This document shows, one piece after another, positions 59,448-64,000 of a stretch of 64,000 bases of DNA. Each line of letters starts with the position of its first letter. Positions within the stretch are counted from its first letter, which is position 1. The notes under the pieces were generated by a model that was not told where the DNA came from, did no database searches, and saw nothing but the letters and a program-made list of their open reading frames with translations. This DNA is from Chloroflexota bacterium (GTDB lineage: Bacteria; Chloroflexota; Anaerolineae; Anaerolineales; Anaerolineaceae), in NCBI GenBank assembly GCA_012514645.1, contig JAAYZW010000107.1, forward strand, positions 4,599 to 68,598, written 5' to 3'. The position numbers and the translations under genes were made by a program.

Positions 59448-60419
59448 CTAATTATTTAGTTCCTTATGAGAAGTTGCGTCTGGGTCACTATGTTTTATTG
59501 GGCGTTTACCTGCCAGAACATCACCGATAAAGAAAGCCCCCGGCAGACTCACAAGCATCCAAAGAATCCGCAAAAAGATTGCCAGCGCGATGCTGGTCTC
59601 GACACTAACCCCACCCCAGACTGAAAACAGGTTGGTCACGGTGACTTCCTGCAAGCCCAGACCGTTGATCGAGATAGGCAGCAAGGTGATGAAATAGGTG
59701 ACGCTCCAGATGCCAGCGATCGACATGAAGGAAAGATCTTCTCCCATTGCGTTGATAAAAATTTTGATGATCAGATAAATACAAGCCTGGTGAATGAGCG
59801 TGAATCCCAGCGCTTGAAGCAGGCTTTTGGGCTGTTTCAACCAATTCTTCAGGCTTTGCAATACCTTGTCGAGATACCGACGCAGCCATCCCCACACTTT
59901 GGCAAGCGTTCCTGTGCCAACCGCCATCCCCAAAGATGTCGTTGAAGAGGAGTCCCTCAGGAAGGGTAAAAATTTTATTGCAAAAGGCAGCGCCAATAAC
60001 ATGCCCGTCATCCCCACCAGGCGGTCCACCACCAGCGATGCAGTCGCCAGGGATGTTGACATCCCAAGGCGGATCGCTCCTGCCAGCCGAAAAACATCGC
60101 CGCCAATCGTGGTAGGCAGCACGTTGGAGGCAAACAAGCCGGCAAAGGTCAGCTTGAGACTTTCTTCAGGTTTGATAGGCTCTTCGCTTGCGCGCAGAAG
60201 GCTGTGCCAGCGTGCAAAGGTCATAAAACGCGAAACCAAACCAAGCAGGATGAAGATGGCAAAATACCACCAGGGTATCTGCCCAAAACTTTCCAGCGCC
60301 TGCCGCCAGCCTACACGGGAAACAAGATAAATCATAACGCCAATAGAAATGATTGTCCCCAACCATCGGACGATGGTCAGAAGCGGCTTTTCATTTGTTT
60401 TCAGTGAGCGATTATCCAC
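59448..60419 (-). CDS. Flippase-like membrane protein (LPG_synthase_TM / UPF0104 family), second copy
   Basis: 323 aa and multi-TM. FASNVLPTTIGGDVFRL is typical of UPF0104. Its stop lies 1 nt before the next start. Confidence 0.55.
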   Translation of the reverse strand: MDNRSLKTNEKPLLTIVRWLGTIISIGVMIYLVSRVGWRQALESFGQIPWWYFAIFILLGLVSRFMTFARWHSLLRASEEPIKPEESLKLTFAGLFASNVLPTTIGGDVFRLAGAIRLGMSTSLATASLVVDRLVGMTGMLLALPFAIKFLPFLRDSSSTTSLGMAVGTGTLAKVWGWLRRYLDKVLQSLKNWLKQPKSLLQALGFTLIHQACIYLIIKIFINAMGEDLSFMSIAGIWSVTYFITLLPISINGLGLQEVTVTNLFSVWGGVSVETSIALAIFLRILWMLVSLPGAFFIGDVLAGKRPIKHSDPDATSHKELNN

Positions 60420-60512
60420 AAACTTGAATTTACACCCGTTCCTCTCAATTGTGATCCTTCATGCCTATATCATAGCTGAAAACCAGGGATTCGCACGAAG
60501 GAGTTGGAGAGC

Positions 60513-62432
60513 TTAATCAATCCCGATCGGGACCATCAGATTCACTGTACCGCTGCGCCAGCTTTGGGCAAGTTGATAATTTGACAAAATCGGAATGACC
60601 ACACGGCTGACATAACTGTTGTTTTCATCTGAGAAACCTGTGGTTTCATCATAAATTGAGGTGTTAAGCGTATCCAATATAATCGCTTTGAATTGATTTT
60701 CTTCCAATTCCTGGTAGAAGGCTTCCAGGTAACCCTGGTTGTTTGCCATTGCCATCTCCATGATTATTACTTTTTCATAGTCAGGCACAACTAAAACTCC
60801 CTCGATCGCGCCGGTGGTAAGCAGCTGTCTCTCTGTGATAAAAAGCACGTCACCTGGAATATATTTCATTTCATTCAACGCGCTTTGAATTTCTGCGACC
60901 TCGGTTTCTGCGATTTGAGTGTTCTCAGATTGGGTGATCGATGCCTGGAAAAAGGTATACGAAACCAGCACAAAAACAGCGAACAGCAAGAGCAATTTCA
61001 TCTCTTTTTGGAAATTGACAGCCGGTACAACTTCAGCTTTACTCTCAGGAGAGATATGTCCTGAGAGGATCGCCAGTGATACCATAACAAAGAGCACCAG
61101 GAAGGCGTCCAGATTATGCAAGTTTGAGCCTCCGCCAATTTTCGCGCTAACCACGATGCCGCCAACCAGGAAAGCCGCCAATATCGCTCCAAGTCCAAGC
61201 CAACGCAGCCAATGAACCGAGTTCTTATAGCGTTTCCTGATGAAGAGAATTGTTAAAATTAATAACGGGAGACATACCAGGGCGATACCCAACAGGATCC
61301 CTGGTGCATAGGTGACATTCGGGAACATCCTGTACCAAAGCAAAGGGGATGAAAATGCAGTGTCGAAGATTTCAGGGTCCTCACCCGAAATGAATCGATA
61401 GGCATACTTTGATAACCACGCAGCTGCAACGCCAACAACGGTCCAAACAATCGGTTTCTTGAGATAAGCAGCCCAATTTTCAATGTCAACAGGCTCATCA
61501 AAAAGATAAAGGCATGCTGCCAACAAAGCGGGGAGCGGGATCCAGTTGACCCGGCTCAGCCCTGTCCAGATTGAAGCGAGAATTACAGCGATTAATGTCC
61601 TGGTCGGATTGTCCCTTTTGTATCCGAGCAGTACGATTATCACCGCAACGAACAAACTGTAATAAACCGGTCCCTGGAAAAAGAAAAGGAACATGAAAAC
61701 GCTCAACCAAAATGTAGGTATCGCAATCTTGCTGCCAACTTTTTTAGCTATTAACCATGCTCCTGCAGCGTTCAATCCAACCCATAGGAACACCTGCCAA
61801 AGTCGGTGGATAAAAATAGACCTGATCCCAAACACAAAAGGGATTGATTGAATCAGGTAGCGACTGGGGTCCAGCACAGGCAATGGCAAATTTTGTCCAT
61901 AGAGTTTCTGCGAGTGGAACAAAGAGGCAAAGTAAACCTGGCTTCCCTCAGACCAGCCTAACGAAAAAGGGGTCGCTTGAATCGTGGTTAAATATGGGAC
62001 CAACATATAAAGCAAACCACCGCCCAAAAAGGACGCGGTCATCACAGCCAACGGGTTATACCCGCAATCGCTAATGGCGCAGATTAGCCCCAGCCCCGCG
62101 GCAAGCACAGCTAAAACCAACAACCTTGTCCCGGTGAGGCGAATAAGGTCATGGGGAAAGGTATAAAAAAGCAGCACGATCAAGGCAACAGCTAAGATAG
62201 AAAAAATAGAAATCAGTGTTTTGGGCAAGCTAATTCTGAACGAAACCTTTGGAATCAGTTTTCCATAATAAATAAGGACAAAAAGCATGCCACTCACGAC
62301 TGTAAAAACAAAAACAAAGGTGAAGAGTCTGCCTCGCTTATCAGGGTGGGCAAGCAAAAACAAAATCCCCGCCATAACAAACAAAGCAAACATATCTCTC
62401 AAGTACACAGATAACTTCCTGCTCTTTTCCAA
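60513..62432 (-). CDS. Large multi-pass membrane protein, paralog B (putative GT-C-like)
   Basis: 639 aa. It aligns with 57488..59446 over most of its length. Confidence 0.55.
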   Translation of the reverse strand: MEKSRKLSVYLRDMFALFVMAGILFLLAHPDKRGRLFTFVFVFTVVSGMLFVLIYYGKLIPKVSFRISLPKTLISIFSILAVALIVLLFYTFPHDLIRLTGTRLLVLAVLAAGLGLICAISDCGYNPLAVMTASFLGGGLLYMLVPYLTTIQATPFSLGWSEGSQVYFASLFHSQKLYGQNLPLPVLDPSRYLIQSIPFVFGIRSIFIHRLWQVFLWVGLNAAGAWLIAKKVGSKIAIPTFWLSVFMFLFFFQGPVYYSLFVAVIIVLLGYKRDNPTRTLIAVILASIWTGLSRVNWIPLPALLAACLYLFDEPVDIENWAAYLKKPIVWTVVGVAAAWLSKYAYRFISGEDPEIFDTAFSSPLLWYRMFPNVTYAPGILLGIALVCLPLLILTILFIRKRYKNSVHWLRWLGLGAILAAFLVGGIVVSAKIGGGSNLHNLDAFLVLFVMVSLAILSGHISPESKAEVVPAVNFQKEMKLLLLFAVFVLVSYTFFQASITQSENTQIAETEVAEIQSALNEMKYIPGDVLFITERQLLTTGAIEGVLVVPDYEKVIIMEMAMANNQGYLEAFYQELEENQFKAIILDTLNTSIYDETTGFSDENNSYVSRVVIPILSNYQLAQSWRSGTVNLMVPIGID

Positions 62433-62579
62433 TACTCATTCCTCATTATTCATTTTATCTGCTGCCTGCCAGTCGAAAGGCAATTCTTAGGAACCAATCA
62501 GCCTCTGACACAGACAAAATTATATAAGATATTCAGTTATTATTGTAACAATCATTAAAACAACCTGGAGGTGACACCA

Positions 62580-63113
62580 ATGCAGAATATCCAAATCAAT
62601 CCATATGAGCTGAACGTCCAGCCCCATCACCTGTTCGACCGCCAAACTTTGCTCCTGGCGGCGGGCGATTTCGCCAGCGGAGATTTTAATGAGATGACCA
62701 TCGGCTGGGGCAGCATCGGCACGATGTGGAACAGACCCTTTGTTGAGGTGGTGGTACGCCCAACCCGTTTCACCTATGATTACATGGAAGATTATGATGA
62801 TTTCACGGTCAGCGCTTTCCCAAGCAAATACCGTCGAGCGCTCACACACCTTGGCAGCCGGTCGGGGCGTGATGGCAATAAATTGGCCGGCACTGATCTG
62901 ACCGCAATTGCCTCTCGCGTGGTTAGTTCTCCCAGTTTCGAGCAGGCTGAGCTGACCATTGAATGCCGCAAGATCTACAGCGCAGATATCGACCCTGCCA
63001 AATTTATCGATCCATCCATCGACACCAATTACCCAAACAAAGACTATCACCGTGTCTATTTCGGTGAGATCGTGGCAATTTTAGGCACGGAGAAGTTTGC
63101 AGCTCTTGGCTGA
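62580..63113 (+). CDS. Flavin reductase-like (FMN-binding split-barrel) protein
   Basis: NEMTIGWGSIG, VVVRPTRFTY, FTVSAF and GSRSGRDGNKL blocks fit the flavin-reductase-like domain. The ATG at 62580 lies 10 nt after a GGAGG site. The overlapping antisense ORF was rejected. Confidence 0.55.
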   Translation: MQNIQINPYELNVQPHHLFDRQTLLLAAGDFASGDFNEMTIGWGSIGTMWNRPFVEVVVRPTRFTYDYMEDYDDFTVSAFPSKYRRALTHLGSRSGRDGNKLAGTDLTAIASRVVSSPSFEQAELTIECRKIYSADIDPAKFIDPSIDTNYPNKDYHRVYFGEIVAILGTEKFAALG

Positions 63114-63344
63114 AAGCAGGCCGCTGATGGCAAGCTATATGCACACAGGGAAAGCTTATCTCCCTCAACTGCTTTTATCTGGCACAGACCTTGCGGGGAG
63201 CAGTCAAGCCCCTCTCACTTTTCACGAGACTCCAGCTGACTATAACCGGTCTCTCTTGCACGGTCACGCTAATGAAACCTCCTGCAAATACCCTGCTCAG
63301 AAACCATTTGTCACGTTATAATCCAAACCAGAACTGGAGAGAAA

Positions 63345-63758
63345 ATGACCGAAAAGAAAATACGTGTACTGATTGCCAAACCCGGTCTCGACGGGCATGA
63401 CCGTGGAGCGAAAGTTGTTGCCCGAGCTCTGCGTGACGATGGAATGGAGGTAATTTATACCGGTCTGCGCCAAACCCCCGAAATGATCAGCGAAGCTGCG
63501 CTGCAGGAAGATGTGGATGTCATTGGGCTTTCAATCCTTTCTGGTGCGCATAATGCCCTGGTCCCCCAAGTAATCCGCAAGGTAAGGGAAAACGGGCAAA
63601 CTGATGTAATCATTTTCGTCGGAGGCATTATCCCCGAGGCTGACATCCAGGGTTTACTGGATAAGGGCGTTTTCAGAATATACGGACCGGGAACAGACAC
63701 ACATCTGGTCTCTAAGGAAATTCGTGAGGCAGTTAAGGCTGTTTCGCAGGTGGATTAA
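63345..63758 (+). CDS. Methylmalonyl-CoA mutase-type cobalamin-binding small subunit
   Basis: [41 protein letters not shown] carries the DxHxxG B12-binding motif. Length is 137 aa. Confidence 0.88.
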   Translation: MTEKKIRVLIAKPGLDGHDRGAKVVARALRDDGMEVIYTGLRQTPEMISEAALQEDVDVIGLSILSGAHNALVPQVIRKVRENGQTDVIIFVGGIIPEADIQGLLDKGVFRIYGPGTDTHLVSKEIREAVKAVSQVD

Positions 63759-64000
63759 TGGCGTTGATTAATGATTTGAGAAAGGGCAGCCGATTTGCCC
63801 TTTCTCGTGTTCTAAGTCAGGTTGAAAATAACACCCCAGCCGGACTGCAAGCACTGGACGAGCTTTTTCCTTTCACTGGCAAAGCCCACAAAATCGGCAT
63901 CACCGGACCACCCGGCTCGGGCAAAAGCACCCTGGTCAACGCGCTTACAAAACAACTGCGCCTGCACGATCGCGAGCCACGCGTTGCCGTGATTGCGGTT
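63758..64000 (+). CDS. meaB: MeaB/ArgK-type G3E GTPase (partial, runs off the window)
   Basis: The translation [24 protein letters not shown]...IGITGPPGSGKSTLVNAL has a P-loop. The start overlaps the upstream stop (TAATG). Confidence 0.8.
   Translation, partial: MALINDLRKGSRFALSRVLSQVENNTPAGLQALDELFPFTGKAHKIGITGPPGSGKSTLVNALTKQLRLHDREPRVAVIAV

Noticed and set aside
62520-63050. 176-aa minus-strand ORF antisense to the flavin-reductase-like gene
   Set aside because: The plus-strand frame carries recognisable flavin-reductase-like blocks and a GGAGG site. The minus-strand ORF has neither.
63114-63344. Possible cobalamin riboswitch upstream of the B12-binding subunit gene
   Set aside because: I found no B12-box-like core or the expected multi-stem GC-rich architecture. 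Only a weak TATAAT (about 63316) is present. An Rfam scan would settle this.
1-64000. Search for CRISPR arrays, tRNA/rRNA genes, transposases, integrases, phage genes, toxin-antitoxin pairs or reverse transcriptases
   Set aside because: I saw no regularly spaced direct repeats, no cloverleaf-like or rRNA-like segments in the intergenic spacers, and no ORF with the corresponding catalytic motifs. The window appears to be core chromosome plus envelope-biogenesis clusters.

Overview
This 64-kb window is chromosomal, about 50% GC and densely coding. I found no rRNA, tRNA, CRISPR array, transposase, integrase or prophage genes. All product calls come from motif recognition in the supplied translations, because no searches could be run. 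Housekeeping genes include metG, rdgB, a gyrA-like gene, rpoC, cmk, lepA, greA, topA, dprA, rimM, rpsP, ffh, recA, queA and ruvB. Three features suggest a Chloroflexota-like (possibly Anaerolineae-like) genome, as an inference only: 'YYY'/DUF2298 membrane proteins, an isopentenyl-phosphate-kinase type mevalonate pathway, and a large lineage-specific beta-prime insertion. The most interesting content is an ~18-kb, same-strand, translationally coupled array (16572..34523). It encodes four consecutive giant multi-pass membrane proteins (570, 879, 1745 and 684 aa; two carry the YYYxG motif and one is a GT-C-like plus YYY fusion). It also encodes two methyltransferases, a GT4 glycosyltransferase and a flippase-like protein. 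A divergent operon next to it encodes a DPPR-synthase-like UbiA prenyltransferase, mevalonate kinase and isopentenyl phosphate kinase. A second, smaller module lies at 56463..62432, with a GT2 polyprenyl-phosphate glycosyltransferase, a flippase-like protein and two paralogous ~645-aa membrane proteins. Together these look like an uncharacterised polyprenyl-phosphate-dependent envelope glycosylation system. Other notable points: rpoC stands alone without rpoB, has a consensus promoter and ends in an 86-residue acidic tail. TopA carries an N-terminal zinc-ribbon plus lysine-rich extension. Two families of intergenic hairpin repeats show compensatory stem changes. A Cheo-box-like site overlaps the recA promoter.
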